Shown piece by piece: positions 50,384-64,000 of a DNA stretch of 64,000 nucleotides. A model generated the notes under the pieces. That model was not told the origin of the DNA, did not search any database, and saw only the letters and a list, made by a program, of their open reading frames with translations. The DNA lies in contig NW_015170283.1 of the NCBI RefSeq assembly GCF_001447785.1, positions 1,115,006-1,179,005 on the forward strand, given 5' to 3'. Each line of letters opens with the position of its first letter. Position 1 is the stretch's first letter. A program made the position numbers and the translations under genes. This DNA comes from Gekko japonicus. Its lineage: Eukaryota.

Positions 50384-52064
50384 CTACAATGGAAAAGGAG
50401 ATCAGCAGTGCCATCCAAAGTCTACTGACTGTGTTTGGGATGGCACTGCCAATAATCTACCATTGATATGTTTTCTATGAGAACTGGTAACCTCTTCCCC
50501 ACACGAATGTTGTAAAAGTAGACTTCAAAACAGACATGTAACAGTTGTTTAAAAAAAGGCAAAGCAGATACATAAGAAACCTCTAAAATCAGGAATTTTT
50601 TTTAAAAATAGGATTTCCTGAACATAAAAGAAGGCTAAAAGAACTGCAAATATGTGTATTGCACATTCTTATGTAGTACTACAAAAAAGAAACAGTGTAC
50701 TATTTGCTGCCCTGCAGGCTACGATTCATGACTGTTAGGCTTCATGCAACTCGTTGGGCTGTATATACCGGCCTGCTTTTAGTTTTCTTTTTAAAAAAAC
50801 CATTTAAATACAAGTTCCTCACACGTTGTATTTAACAAAAGGCCCAGAACATTACAGATGGGGCCAAACAAATTTGTGTAGGTTATGTAAGACAGAGAGA
50901 AGCAAGAAAAGAAAGCAATTACAGCAGCCGTCACTATATAATAATTTTCAAAAACCATTAAGCTATATTTGGAAGAAAATATATGTTGCCTCAGTGTTTA
51001 AAGGGCTGCATTTGTTGGGTGTTTTTTTTTTTTTTAAGAGAAATAGTTTTGGGGTTCAATATACAAAAGAAAGGGGAGCCATTTCTTTGTAAAGTTGCAA
51101 GTATAGGTGGCATGGCCCATACTTTTCAATTGGGACAATATTTTATTTATTACCATAATTCCCCAGATCATGGAGTACCTGGTTGAAATAACAGGGAGGT
51201 TTTCCTTTTTTCCTTTTTTTGAGGTATTTTTTATTTGTAAACCACCAACAGCAAGTTTATAAATTCTCAACTAACAGGAAAAATCTGTTTATCATCTATA
51301 TATCCCTCATCCTTCCATGCAGTTCCCTTAATAATTCTTTTATTTGATTTTCTTTTAAGGTTACTTTTAGATTGCTTTGTGTACATGCAACAAATTGGCC
51401 TAATATGAAACTGGAAGTGTTTAATGCTTTAGCCTGAGTGTCAGATGAGCAGCATGTTACAATTTACTACCTTTCCCTTTTTTCTGTGCTATTTGAGATA
51501 CAGGAGTTTAATAATGCAATACCATAAGAACTGTGAAAGCATGCTGGGCTAATCCCAGTATCTTGCCATCTGATAGATTTATGTATCAAGAGGTCTTTAA
51601 AAAAAAAAAAAACAACTGTTATGAACATCTCTTAAATCTGAAATACAGCAAGATTAAAGTAACAGCAACAGCAGTCCACATTTCTGCTGTTACAGAGGAT
51701 CCATGTACAAATTTTACGGTGTTCATAGGCACCATATATTGCTGTACCCTCAGGGCCAGACTAAATTTGACTGTAGGAAATCCGTGGTCTCCCACATTTT
51801 TTAAATGCTAAAAACAGCCAAAAGAGCGGTGACTTGGATCAGACTATCACTTGTATGATTCACTCTGCAAGGCACAGAGCAGTCTGGAGAGGAGCAATTG
51901 AGATCACAGAAATGACATGGGGGGGAATGGTTTAATCCTCCCTTTCCCCGTTTCATGGTCCTGATCCATATCATCTGATTTCATCACCCTAAAGAACTGT
52001 GGCAGATACATGATCATGGATGTTCCATATCATATGTAAGGCAGAAGTCAAATATATGCTGCTT

Positions 52065-52595
52065 TGAGGTTTCCAGCCTACAGATGGGACATGGAGTTCT
52101 CCTGAAATTACAACAGTTCTCCAGACTACAGAGATCGGCTCCACTGGAGAAAATGGCAGTGTTGGGAGGCAGCCTGTATGGCATCTAGGGATGCCAAGTC
52201 CCCCCAGGGGGCGGGGAAACCCCCACCCGGGAGGCCTGTTCCCCACCGCCACCAGATTGGGCCCCCAGGGGGAACCCCACCCCCAAAGCACGTCACACGG
52301 AAGTGACGCAAGCACATCAGGGGCGGGGCCACAATCATCCGAGGGAAAACTCTATGGTTTTCCCTTGGATGATTGTGGCCCCGCCTCCAACGTCCCCGAC
52401 GTGCTTGCGTCACTTCCGTGTGACGTGCTTGCGGCGCGCGAAGACTCCCGGAGCAAGGCTGGACTCCCCCGCTCCGGAACAGGTAAGCACTTGGCAACCC
52501 TAATGGCATCACATCACTGCTGAGCTCCTTCCCCAAACTCACCCTCCTGGTTCCATCCCCAAATCTCCAGGAATCTTCCATCCTAGAGTCAGCAG
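52065..52595. mobile_element. Family C MITE containing a GC-rich TAGGG-TIR MITE (52186-52502)
   Basis: Inner element TAGGGATGCCA..TGGCAACCCTA with perfect 8-bp TSD ATGGCATC. Confidence 0.8.
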
Positions 52596-53738
52596 CCATT
52601 ATCTGAGTTTCTTTGAGGAAGGATGAGATAGAAACATGCTGAACAGATACATAATTATGGGATACTTCTTCGTGCTTTACAAAAGATGGACCCATTGCTA
52701 ACAATAAGTCCATCTTTTACAACACAGGTAAATGCCTGAATTTAAGCTGACAGCATTAGCTTTGTTCTAAGTACCTTGACTTAACTGGGACTGGATTGGG
52801 AAGTATCCTTCCTTTGTGGTGAAATATTTTGCTGCTTGGAGGCACATTCCATTAGTCACACATACACATTTTAAAAGGTAAGAACAGGATAATTTGTATT
52901 TACAGAAGCATGCTTTTTAAGCTTCACCCACTAATTTATTTAATTTAAATGTGCCTATCCTCTCTTAGCTATTTGTAAATAAATCCCAGAAGATTGTCAG
53001 CGAAAAACTAGATACTTTATTGTGAAACGCATGTTCATTTATTGTTGAAGCACCTTTGTTTCTGCTTGCAAACACACTTGCTAGCTTACTGCATGCCTTT
53101 ACTCAGCTTTCTTCTGCCAAAGAGAATATTTACAATTCTTTTAAAGGAAAACAATTCAGCACACAGCACCATTGGAAAAATTTGTTCACTACTGCTTGGG
53201 TCTTTGCCGTTCTACAAATCCATTGAGCACTGCGTTGTGAGCAGAAAAACAAACTAGGCCACTGACCTTTCCCATGACCTTGACACAAATTCCGACTCAC
53301 ATTGACCAGCAGAAGGTAAACATGAATGGGACCTGTCCTTTCGTCTTTTTCACTGTGCCTCGCTCATTTCAAAGTGAGGGAGGCAGAACAGAAAACCATA
53401 AGTTAGGACTGAATGGCCTTTTCTTCATAACAAAATCCCCTCGGGGCCTCCCATTCCTTTCTTTCTAATTTGAGGAAGCTAAGTCATTTTGTTCTACTGC
53501 TGATTTTTAACACAGCCTGTGATGCCGTCAATAAGCGGTACATCCTCCAAATAATACTCTTAAGGAGGTTCATTTAAATGAATGAACTGCATATTTTTTA
53601 AAAAGGTGTTACCTCTGTCGGAGGTATGCAGGAGTTACTCTGTGCAGAACCACTAGCTATTTTACAGGCTTTCAGATTCTTAAAACAGATGTGTTTTCTC
53701 CATTTTTGAGAGAGTCCTTCTAACCCTTTGTTTCACAA

Positions 53739-54427
53739 GTAGAGATGGACATGAACCAGGAAAATATGGTTCAGTTCATTTTGTGGTGCGTGACATGCCC
53801 GGTTTGTGAACCATGAACCATCATGAACTTTTATCTGCCAAACAAATTGTTGCAGTTCATGAAATTTGTGATGTGGTAGAATGCCCCCCAGTGTGCTAGA
53901 GATACCAGACTCACAGAGAATCTCCAGCTGATTCTCCTCTACCTGCCCTCCAAGTTTGGTGAGGATTGGATTTACGGGGTCAGAGTTACACCCCCCCTCC
54001 AAAGAAGGCACCCCAAGGAAAGTGCTTTCTGAGGAAATGACAGGCGGTCATTTTGACAGGCAAAGGTTATGGCCCCCCAAAGAAGATGCCACCAGGAAAG
54101 TGGGTTTGGGGAAAATGTTGGGCTCAGTTTCAAAAGTTACACACATCAAATGCACAGGGAACCTATTGGGGTTTCTAAGGCTGGGGAATTCCACACCCCC
54201 CCCGTTGCTTTGTTGCTTTTTTTTACTTTGAAGTTTGGTAAACATTTTGTTTGAGCAGAAACAGTCTGTCTGAAAATGTATTAATTCACAAACTGCCACA
54301 AACTGCTTGAAGATTCGTGGAGAGTTCATGCTGGTTGAACTGCCACGAACCTTAGTTCACGAACCACGAAGTGCCCAAAATTCATCATGAACTTCTGTTT
54401 GTGAGATGGTTCATCATGCCCATCTTT
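53739..54427. mobile_element. Non-autonomous DNA element (family D, TAGGGATGGGCATGAAC-type TIR)
   Basis: TAGAGATGGACATGAAC ... CATGCCCATCTTTA; body shared with 60303-63270. Confidence 0.65.
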
Positions 54428-54707
54428 ATTCACCATGGTGTCTAAGATTCATCCAGGAGCAAGACAAGGGAACAATAAATTATGCTTCTGCCTGGGAGGA
54501 ATTTATGTGCCAAGCAGAATCACTATGATTTATGGTCTATGTTTGATTGCAAGTGTGAATTAGCACACGTATGAGAATTTGGGGCAGAGAAGTAGCTACT
54601 TGCTTATGGCTGAGGGGATTCAAATTATAGTTCAATAATGTGCCCCCTGTATCTGATCTGATATCACTACACCACACTATTTGCCATTGGCCAGTGTGGT
54701 GTAGTGA

Positions 54708-55025
54708 TAGGGTTGCCAAATAATTCTTCGCCGGGAGCGGGGGGCTCCCAGCCGGCATCGGGTGAGTGCGCATGCACGTCACCCGGAAGTTATGTAGGCA
54801 CGCTGGGCACACTGGCGGTGGGGCCACGGCCATACAAGGGAAAACCATAGAGTTTTCGCTTGTATGGCTGTGGCCCCGCCCCCAGCGTGCCCGGCATGCC
54901 CACGTCACTTCCTAGTGACGCATACGCCGGGGGCGGGGTTCCCCCAGGGCCCGATTCCGCTGCGGCAGAAATCGGGCCTCCAAAGCGGGGGTTTCCCTGC
55001 CCTTCGGCCCGATTTGGCAGCCCTA
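54708..55025. mobile_element. GC-rich TAGGG-TIR MITE inserted in the head of a tRNA SINE
   Basis: Perfect 8-bp TSD TGTAGTGA; SINE box B GGTTCAAATCC follows at ~55066. Confidence 0.82.
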
Positions 55026-55425
55026 TGTAGTGATCAGAGTACTGGACTAAGGCTACGGAGACCTGGGTTCAAATCCTCATGTGCACTGGATGGCCAGTTA
55101 ATATCCCTCACTTTAACCTAGGTTTGCGAACCTCTAGGTGGTACCTTGAGATCTCCTGGGATTACAAGTGATCTCCACGTGACAGAGATAATTTCACATG
55201 GAGAAAATGGCCACTTTAGAAGGTGGACTCCATGGCATTATATTCCATTGAAGTCCCTCCCCTTCCCAAACTGCTCCCTCCTTGTTGTGAGGGAAAAAAA
55301 TAAATTGGGGGAAGTGATAAACATGGGCATTATCCTAGGAGCTTTGGAAGACAGTGGGATACAAATGCACTTAATAAAATAAAATAAATCTATTTTATTT
55401 CTTGATTTTCTATGGAGGTCTTTTA

Positions 55426-55426
55426 T

Positions 55427-55462
<36 letters not shown>
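55426..55462. repeat. (TTTC)n microsatellite
   Basis: Direct read. Confidence 0.9.
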
Positions 55463-56430
55463 TGTGCCAGGAAAATTAAATAGCAGACCCTTTTTCTTCT
55501 GCATGGCATGTAATCCATTAATCATTTGGAATGCTGCCTGGGCTAATTGNNNNNNNNNNNNNNNNNNNNNNNNNNNNNNNNNNNNNNNNNNNNNNNNNNN
55601 NNNNNNNNNNNNNNNNNNNNNNNNNNNNNNNNNNNNNNNNNNNNNNNNNNNNNNNNNNNNNNNNNNNNNNNNNNNNNNNNNNGCTTGGTAAACATTTTCA
55701 ATCATCTCTGAAGTCATAAAAACCTGAAGCTTTATAGTAACAAAATACTTATTTGTCTCCTTAAGTGCTTGTCTGTAATTCAGTTTAATGATGCTGCACT
55801 TCCTCATGGGCCCTCCTTGCCTAGAGGGTAGTTTGTATTGATTTAGTCATTGTGTTAGTCTCAGTAACAAAGTACCACATAAAACACAGACTGGGAAAGG
55901 AAAGGAGAAACTTTCCTTGGATGGAAAAACACATTTATCAGTGGAAGAAACTTTGTATTCATGGTACCTTTTTACAAATGGAGGGGGGAATCTTAATGCC
56001 AAGCAGAAAGTTTTGTGAAGATTATGCAGCAATATATACTTTTTAATGGGTCCTGCACTCCTAAAATGAGAACATTTTTATTAAAAGGCTGAAATTAAAT
56101 TTATCAATTTAAACTCATCTACTCACAATGCAAATGTCTTAATTTAATTAAGAATTCTTTCATACATTATTCCTCAGAGAATAATACCTCTTGATGTCCT
56201 TGCCACAGCCAATATTATTTAATAATGTTGATGGCTAGGACTGCTTTTTCACACTATATTTTGTCCTTGAGAAGAAACATTGGCATGCCACATCAGTTGC
56301 AAATTGTATGTACACATCTATTGCCACTGTGCCCTTTAAAAATACCATGGAAGCATCAAGTTGGAAAAGACCAGGTCTTTGAAGGGTAAAGATAAAATGT
56401 AAACTGCTACATAATATTCATGCTTGTGGC

Positions 56431-56636
56431 CAGTGTTCCCTCTAAACTGAGTTAGTGTGAGCTAGCTCACAGTTTTTTAGCCTCCGGCTCACACATTTTT
56501 GTCTCCGCTCAGGAAGGAGGGCTCCAGAGCAAACTGATTTATACAGTAGCCAAATCACTTGCTCACAGCTTTAATGCTAGTAGCTCACAAAGTAGAATTT
56601 TTGCTCATAAGACTCCACAACTTAAAGGGAGCATTG
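56431..56636. mobile_element. hAT-type MITE (family A)
   Basis: Same TIRs as the copy at 6895; TSD CTTGTGGC/TTTGTGGC. Confidence 0.88.
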
Positions 56637-57506
56637 TTTGTGGCCCTTTCTGCATATGTATTTAGCCATAGTTTCAGAGCACATCCTTTTCTTCCCTTCT
56701 GCATTCCATTCTGCTTTCACTTCAGATTTGTTGCTGGGGGGGGGTTGTTTCTGCATCCGTTTCACAGGAATCAGTAGTCAGGGTTCTTTCGGTACACTCT
56801 TGCCCCACATTTCTCAAAACTTGTTTTGCTGTTCTTAGTTCTGATCTGATTTCAGAATAAAGTAGAAGTGTTTCTGCATGCCTTTAAATTCCACCCACTT
56901 CCCTCCCATATTTCCACCCTCGGCCCATTCGGGGGAGAAGTATAAGCACTTCAGTGATAATAGTAGAACAGGAGGTGGTGCTATCCTATACTTCATTCGC
57001 TTACTATATATGTCATTTGATGCCGTGACCTCTCCCATCCATTTTTTCTAATTGTTTTTTTAATTGAATAAAGTTCTATGCAGATGAATTATAATAATTT
57101 TATTAGGTAACATTTTAATCCCTTTTTTTAGTTTACATGAGGAATATTAATCTGATGCAAATCTTTCTTAAGGACTGCAGTTGCCCAAGAAGAATTGCCT
57201 TCCCTTGGCTTTTTCAAGGCAATAATTAGCATGTGAACAGATTGGGTGCTGGGTCACAGTAACAATCACAATCCTTTAGATGATAGATTCAGGTGGATAG
57301 CCCTGTTGGTCAGTCAGAGCTCTGCAGGAAGGAAGAGAAACTTGATGAGCATGTTTTTCTTGTTGCTAGTCCATGCAAACCTTTCTTGCATGACCAAAAA
57401 CATTGTGGTGTCATGCATCTTCAATCAGGAAAAATACAGAAAGAATAATCCGCATAGAGTAAAGTTTCCAATACCAACATTTGCTGAAAATTAACATATG
57501 GAGAAA

Positions 57507-57780
57507 TGAAAGAAGAGAAGTGATTGGATTTATACCCCCCCCTTCACTACCCAAAGGAGTCTCAGAACGGTTTACAAACTCCTTTCCCTTCTCCTCCCCA
57601 CAACAGACACCCTGTGAGGTAGGTGGGGCTGAGAGCGCTCTGACAGAAACTGCTCTTTTTCAAGGACACCTCTGACATAACTATGGCTTGCCCAAGGTCA
57701 TCCAGCAGGTGCAAGTGGGGAATCAAACCTGGTTCTCCCAGATTAGAGTCTGCGCACTTAACCACTACACCAAACTGGCT
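57507..57780 (-). mobile_element. tRNA-derived SINE (Squam3-like)
   Basis: Matches copies at 11825 and 50134; includes the 5' end GAGCCAGTTTGGTGTAGTGG. Confidence 0.8.
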
Positions 57781-58259
57781 CCCAAGAAAGGCTAATGAAA
57801 AACATACCGGCTGGAGTGCTGGAAAACTCTGGAGTAAAGACTGAATGCAGAAAGGGCCACTGTAATCCCAAGGTTAGACTACTGTAATGTGATATGCATG
57901 GGGTTGTCCTGGAACCCTAATCATTTATATTTTTAATTGTTGTTATTAGCTTGAGTTGTTTTTACTTGTTGGTTCTGTTTTATGGTTTTAATTGTGAGCC
58001 ATCACAAGCAGATGCTGGAGAGACAGCATACACATTTTCTAATATTGTTCTAATATTCTTCTAATATTGTTTACCAATATTATATGAATGATTACCCTTT
58101 ATCTGTATCCAGCAAACTATGATCTTAAAAATAATCTGTGTAGATAGATGGTACAGAGTTTTTGGGAGAGGGGGCACTTGAGACAAAGGTAGCTTGTCCC
58201 TGATACAGGCAATAAAAATGGGAAAGGGTCTACCACTATTATTATCAACTATCTTCACT

Positions 58260-58560
58260 TCTAGTGCCTGCCTAAAACATTCAGTCTTGCACAATTTCCT
58301 CAAGGATACTGAGGTGGATGTCTTTTTCATAATGTGGGAGCCACTACTATAAAAGCCTGAGTCCATACCCTCACAAACCTGCAAGAGGGCACAGACAGAA
58401 AGAGCTGCTGGGAAGCCTGGACATGCCTGGACATGCCACATGGATTTATGCAGGGGAAGTCTGTGGGTCTCAGTTCATTAAGGACTTTAAAGGTAAGAAC
58501 CAGCACCTTGAATTGAACCTGGAAACAAGCAACCAACGTAGTAACTTATGATGGGAGCAA
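58260..58560 (-). mobile_element. Old L2 fragment
   Basis: VQFKVLVLTFKVLN..AFIVVAPTL. Confidence 0.6.
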
Positions 58561-59001
58561 TTTGTACAAACTGGCCTGACAGTAGTTGAGCTGCTGAATT
58601 TTATGGGGTGTCTTCCAGGACAACCCCATGCATTAAGTGACTTGCTGCCACACAACTCTTGCAACTAGACTTTTCCCAAGAAGGGGCTGCCAAGGGGAGG
58701 GAAATCTGTGCGCACTTGGACCAGGCATTCTCTCTCAGCCTAATCAAACTCACAGGGCTGTTGTGAGGATAAAACATAGGAAGGATAAAATATAGTAGAG
58801 AAAGGCAGGATACAAATTAAGTAAATAAATAACAAAGCTGAATCCTGAGGGGAAACAGAAAAAAGGCAGGTGGGTGGGTAGGAGAAAAGGAAGCTGGGAA
58901 AGGGGAGAGGATATGGGGACTACCAGGAGGAGGAAAAGAGAAAATAGTGTGGGATGGGGATATAGGGGCAAAATGAGATGCCCACCTCATATATGATTTA
59001 T

Positions 59002-59185
59002 TAGGGTTGCCAACCTGGAGATCTCCTGGGATTACAGTTGATCTCCAGGTGACAGAGATCAGTTCACATGGAGAAAATGGGCACTTTGGAAGGTGGACTC
59101 CATGGGATTATACCCCATGGAATTTCCTCCCGAAACCCCACCCTCCTCAAGCTCCACCCCCCCAAATCCCCAGGCATTTCCCAGC
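59002..59185. mobile_element. hAT-type MITE (family C)
   Basis: Starts TAGGGTTGCCA; family body. Confidence 0.7.
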
Positions 59186-59411
59186 CCAATTGTCCATCCT
59201 TCACTCCACATTCCCCAATCATATTTAAAAACAAAACCCAGCCAACACCTGAACAGCATAGCTAGAAGAATCTGTTTTCCTCCCTGTATCTTTTAAATTT
59301 TTTGTAACATTCAGCCTGATGAATTGTTCTGGTGAGCTCAAAATCTTGGCCAATGTTTTGTGTCAATTTAGTTAGTCCTAATAAAATGTATTGCACATAT
59401 ATCATTCATAT

Positions 59412-60229
59412 TGTCATGGATCAACCAGGCACAACCAACCCTGAAGAGGCAGGGTTCCCAGCTCGCAGTCAGTTGCAGATGACCTGCTACAGAAAGCTAT
59501 TCAGAAAGCTGTTCAGGCCCATGGTTCCTGACTTAGTACATCAATTCCATCATTCATACCTGCAGAAACATGGTCCATCAGACGGAGGGGGGCCTGGGGG
59601 GGTTATGGATCAGCCAGGCACAGCCAACCCTGAAGAGCAGAGGAGTCTATGGAAGAGGAATAGGCAGACGAAGGGGTTCTCAACTTGCAGTCAGTTACAG
59701 ATGACCTGCTGCAGAAAGCTACTGCAACCCTGCCAAGTAGCGATTCATAGTCTGACAGTAACTTCCCAGCTGTTCAGGCCCATGGCTCAGAAACCAGATA
59801 GCATCTCACCATCCACCTTGCCTCCCTCATATCCAGAACCACTGGAACATAGATTGAGGAGGATCCACCATGAGGTACTGGAAAGAAGGCAAAGTGCATG
59901 ATTAGCAGCTCAGAGGCACCTGAGTCTAGCTAGTAAGGAGGATAGCGCACACACCTGCACGATGTGACCCAGCTGTGAGATGAGCATCTCAGCCATAAAG
60001 GGTGAAGAGAGGGAGAGACTGGCCATTGAAGCCAAGCATCAAATTACTCCTGGCCTCGCTGTCACTGACTCTCCCTCTGACTCATGACTTTGACTCTTTG
60101 GGATGTACCTGGACCTCAACTTTTGGACTTGCCTCAAACATGTTCCTGTTGCTGCTCTGTATATGACCTAGAAACTAAACTCTGCCATGCCAGATTGTGC
60201 CTTCGCCTTGCCTTGCTCACACCAGGACA
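59412..60229 (+). mobile_element. Probable solo LTR with internal duplication
   Basis: Termini TGTCATGG..CCAGGACA; internal repeat ~59416-59500 vs ~59605-59720; TSD poor. Confidence 0.5.
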
Positions 60230-60864
60230 CTTTTTAAAGCTTTTCACAGTACATTAAAAGTATATGGGGGGTAGGGTTTAATCAGAAAATCCAATAATCT
60301 AACTAGGGATGGGCATGAACTGGGAAAAATGCGGTTCATTTTGGTTTGTGATACATGGTGTGCCCTGTTCATAAGACAAGAACCGTCACAAACCGTTAGC
60401 CCCCAAATGAACCAGTTTGGTTTGTAATTTGGTAGAATGGACCCACAGTGTACTAGAGACACCAAACTCACTGGGGATCTCCAACTGACTCTCCTCTACC
60501 TGCTCTCCAAGTTAGGTGAGGACTGGTTTTATGGGGTCCAAGTTATACCACCCCCAAAGAAGGTGCTCTCATCATCCATTGTTTCCAAAGGAGGGGAAAA
60601 AACAGCAAAAAAGCAAGGGCAGTATAAGCCCAGCATAACAAAACCAAAGTCCCAGATAATCTTTGCAGTAGAAACTGAAGGGTGGTGGTGGGATTTTTGC
60701 AAACCCAGTAGAATCGGTGCAATGTACAGGGTGCCCAGCAGTACCAGTGCAATCAAAGAGTGCCCAGCAGAACCCAGTGCCAATGTGGCAATGCCAGCTC
60801 AATCACAATCCAAGGAAAGGAGGCATTTTTGCAAGTCCAGAAAAATGTGCAGAGTGTCCAACAG

Positions 60865-61278
60865 CAGGGGTCATTTTGAAGAAAAAGAGGTGCAGGGGCT
60901 CATTAGCATAACTCATTAGCATAACTTATTTGCATATGCCACACCCCCTGACATCACTGGAAGTGTGTAAGAAGGCAACACCCACCGCTCAGGCTCCACT
61001 GGACTGTTTTGGATTTCTAGCTATTGGGGGGGGACATGCAGATCTGTCCTCACAGAGGAGGGAGAGCTTGTACCTGAATAAAACTTGGTCTTAAAGGTGC
61101 TACTGGACTGTTTTGGACCGGGGGGGGGGCGAGGGGGCTGCGCAACTTACCTGGCTGCTTTTTGCACTGACTGAGGGCTTCTGGGAGTAGTGGGTGGGGC
61201 TTGTTGCATGTGCCCGCCCCTTGGGCTCTTTACTGCCAGAGCTCTGCTCCTGTGCGCTCCTGCACGAAATGACCCCTG
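60865..61278. mobile_element. hAT-type MITE (family B)
   Basis: CAGGGGTCATTT / GAAATGACCCCTG; TSD TCCAACAG/TCCAACTG. Confidence 0.85.
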
Positions 61279-61504
61279 TCCAACTGTACCAGTGCAATCA
61301 CAGATAAGGATAGGTATGAACCGGAAAAATGCAGTTTGGCTCATGGTTCAAGATGTGCCCCATTCACAAACCATGGACCATCACAAATTTTTAGCCACCT
61401 CATAGAACATTTCAGTTCCTGAGATTTGTGAGGCAGTAGAATCAGGCTCGTAGCTACAGTGGGGCCTCTCAGGGCCTAGCCCCCTGACTTACCACCAAGG
61501 CCCC

Positions 61505-62041
61505 TGTCATGATTTGGGCTGTGCAAGCATGGCCTTGCAGGCCCAGGGAGCCTGGCTAGCAGTAGGGGAGGCTGGGCCTACAAATCCCAGAAGGCCTTTG
61601 GACGTTTTGGCACTGATTTTGACCAATAGGGTAGAAGAGGGCTGGGAAATAAGAGGACTGGTACAACAGGGAAAGCTTGTTCTTTTCCCCAGAGGGCAGA
61701 GCCAGAAGGAAGGCTGCTGTGGGAAGAAACCCTCATCCTGAGGGAAGGGTGAATAGTCTAAGGCCACTTGAGATAGTGAGCTAGGGACAGTATATATTTA
61801 GACGCGTTAGGCCATTTGATTTCTTTTCTTTTCACCCACTTACTGTTATTATTCTGCACCTTGTATGTTTGTCCTCCTATAAAATAAACCTTTTCCTTGT
61901 TGTACTCTGCCTGGTCCTCACACCTATTATTCAGCCAAAAGGGAGGTCTGAAGGTCTTGGGAGGGTGCTCTGGGACTTCTCAAGGGATCCTAAATCCAGA
62001 GTGGTGGCAGCGTCAGGTGACACCCCACCTGAGCCGTGACA
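61505..62041 (+). mobile_element. Solo LTR
   Basis: TGTCATG..CGTGACA termini; perfect 5-bp TSD GCCCC (61500-61504, 62042-62046); TATA-like at ~61791; AATAAA at ~61883. Confidence 0.8.
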
Positions 62042-63669
62042 GCCCCCGACTTCCCATCCAGCCCAGGCTTCCCAACTTTCCAATTTTTATTTTATTAATA
62101 GTGCTCTCTTGGGGTGTGTGAGGGGTACCCCCTGACTTATTTAAAGGCCCCCCAAATTAAAAAATCCTGGTTACAGGCCTGTCGAATGCCCCCCCCCGTG
62201 CATTAGAGACACCAAACTAGCAGGGGATCTCTGGCTGACTCTCCTCTACTTGCCCTCTAAGTTTGATGAGGGTTGGATTTACAGGGTCCATGTTACAAGC
62301 CCCCCCCCCCCAAAAGGTGCCCCAGGAAAGTGCTTCCTAGGGAAATGACTGTCTGCCATTTCTCCAGAAAGCACTTTCCTGGGAGCACCTCCTTTGGGGG
62401 GGGGCATAACGTGAACCCTGTAAATCCAATCCTCATCAACCTTTGGGGGAATGTGTAGGAGCATTCAGGGGCAGTCCCATGTGAGTTTGGTGCCTCCAGC
62501 TTGCACAGGATCAGTTCTATACATTCCTCAACCTGTGTCTGTCAAAATGACAGCTGACTGGAGGTTCAAGAGTGTATAGAATGAATCCTGTGCAAGCTAG
62601 AGACACCAAACTTGGAAGGCATGTAGAGTAGCATCCATGAGAGGTCTGTTGTGAGTTTCGTGACTCCGTACATTCTAGAACCTCCTGAGCCTGCATCTGT
62701 CAAAATGACTGAAGTTCAGGAGTGTATAGAACAGATCCTGTGCAAGTTAGAGTAAGTTCTGTAAATATTTTTATTGAACAGAGACAGTCTATCTGGGAAT
62801 GGCTCATCTCACAAACCAGTATGAACCTCCACAAACAGCTTGAAAGTTTGTGGAATGTTTGTGAGCTGATTCATGCCCATCCCTAATCACAGAGTGCCCA
62901 GCAGAACCCAGTGCCACTGGCACTGCAAGCTTTAAAAGATGGTTCTCAAAGCACAAAATCACAAATCCAAGCAAGGGGAGGGGAATTTTGCAAGCTCTGT
63001 GCAAGAAAATGGGAAGGGAACACAAAGGAATGCCAACAAAGGAAGGGGTAGCCTCTTGAAACTGACAAGAAGTTTGGGAACATTTTGTTTGAACAGAGAC
63101 TGTCTGGAAATGTATCCATTCACAAACCACACAAACTGCTCACAAACTGCTTGAAAGTTTCTTGAAAGTTTTTGCTGGTTGACCTCCCAGGAACTTCAGT
63201 TCGCAAACTATGAACCACCCAAAATTCATCACAAACTTTAATTTGTGAGCTGGTTCATGCCCCTCTCTAAATATAACATGTCCTTAGTTTTTCTCTAGAC
63301 TAGAGACCTGTATTAAATAGATGCAGTCCCTCCATGCAAATTGGTAAGATCAGCAACTCATGTACGTTCTCTATGGTGGCTCCCATCTTGTAGAACAGCC
63401 TGCCTGAGGAGGTAAGGAAGTCTCCCAGTACTATCATTCCTTAAAATGTGCAAAAGCAGAAATATTCAGGAGGCCATTCTTGTGATGGAATTGATCTGTA
63501 GTGGGACAGAACTGTCCAGAAGAGCCCCTTCATATATCAGTCAGGAGTGGATACCACATTTCCTTGTACCTTTGTAATCCCACACTCTGCATTGCTTACA
63601 TTATGCCAGCCTGGGTAGTTGGCTGTCCATATTGTCAATTAATTTAGTACCGCTGATTGTATGTCCTAC

Positions 63670-64000
63670 CCATTTCCTCATGGACATTACTGATGTTATT
63701 TTTGAAAAGAATTATTTCTTGTGAGAAAGTCAGTTTTTCATCCAGGTCAGTGGTGTGGCAATGGGTAGTGCTGCAGCACCATCCATTGCTAACCTTTTTA
63801 TGGATAGTCTACATCCATCTTTGAACTTTACAGCTAATTACAATGCACAGGAAATACAATTTCTAGATACTTCAGTTTACAAAGATACTAGGAATCACTT
63901 AGCTATCAAACGTTATAAAAAGGACACAGATAAAAATAGCTTTCTGTATTATAAATCACATCATGTGTCCCATATAAAATATGGCTTACCCTTCAGTCAA
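63670..64000 (+). mobile_element. Penelope-like RT fragment (runs off the window)
   Basis: QFFIQVSGVAMGSAAAPSIANLFMD..IQFLDTSVYK..YKKDTDKNSFLYYKSHH..GLPFSQ; the catalytic DD segment is deleted. Confidence 0.8.

Larger units (their letters stand above)
60303..63270. mobile_element. Nested stack of family D DNA elements with further insertions
   Basis: TIR-like ends at 60303, ~61306, ~62870-62885 and ~63253-63269. Confidence 0.6.

Noticed and set aside
59332-59901. 189-aa ORF with internal repeat
   Set aside because: Explained by the internal duplication of a probable LTR; no protein motif.

Overview
This is repeat-dense vertebrate genomic DNA with several N gaps. A squamate, probably gecko-like, origin is inferred from its BovB, 5S/tRNA SINE, CR1, L2, Penelope and hAT-MITE content. 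No host protein-coding gene can be identified; there is one candidate minus-strand exon. The centrepiece is two divergent, degenerate tyrosine-recombinase (YR) retrotransposons of Ngaro/DIRS type at about 18223-24235 and 24598-30418, both on the minus strand. Each has the order gag, RT/RNase H, YR, SGNH hydrolase, and both sit about 360 bp apart in the same L1 ORF2. Both carry a phase-1 splice donor inside gag and a phase-1 acceptor directly before the SGNH frame. This predicts an env-like spliced mRNA for a Gag-N-terminus/SGNH-esterase fusion. The two elements also share a 3' stem-loop with compensatory changes and a conserved terminus, but show no visible terminal repeats. Elsewhere there is a Penelope insertion with a hammerhead ribozyme whose inverted pLTR begins at the cleavage site, a palindromic L1-fragment insertion, solo LTRs and many nested hAT-type MITEs with 8-bp TSDs.
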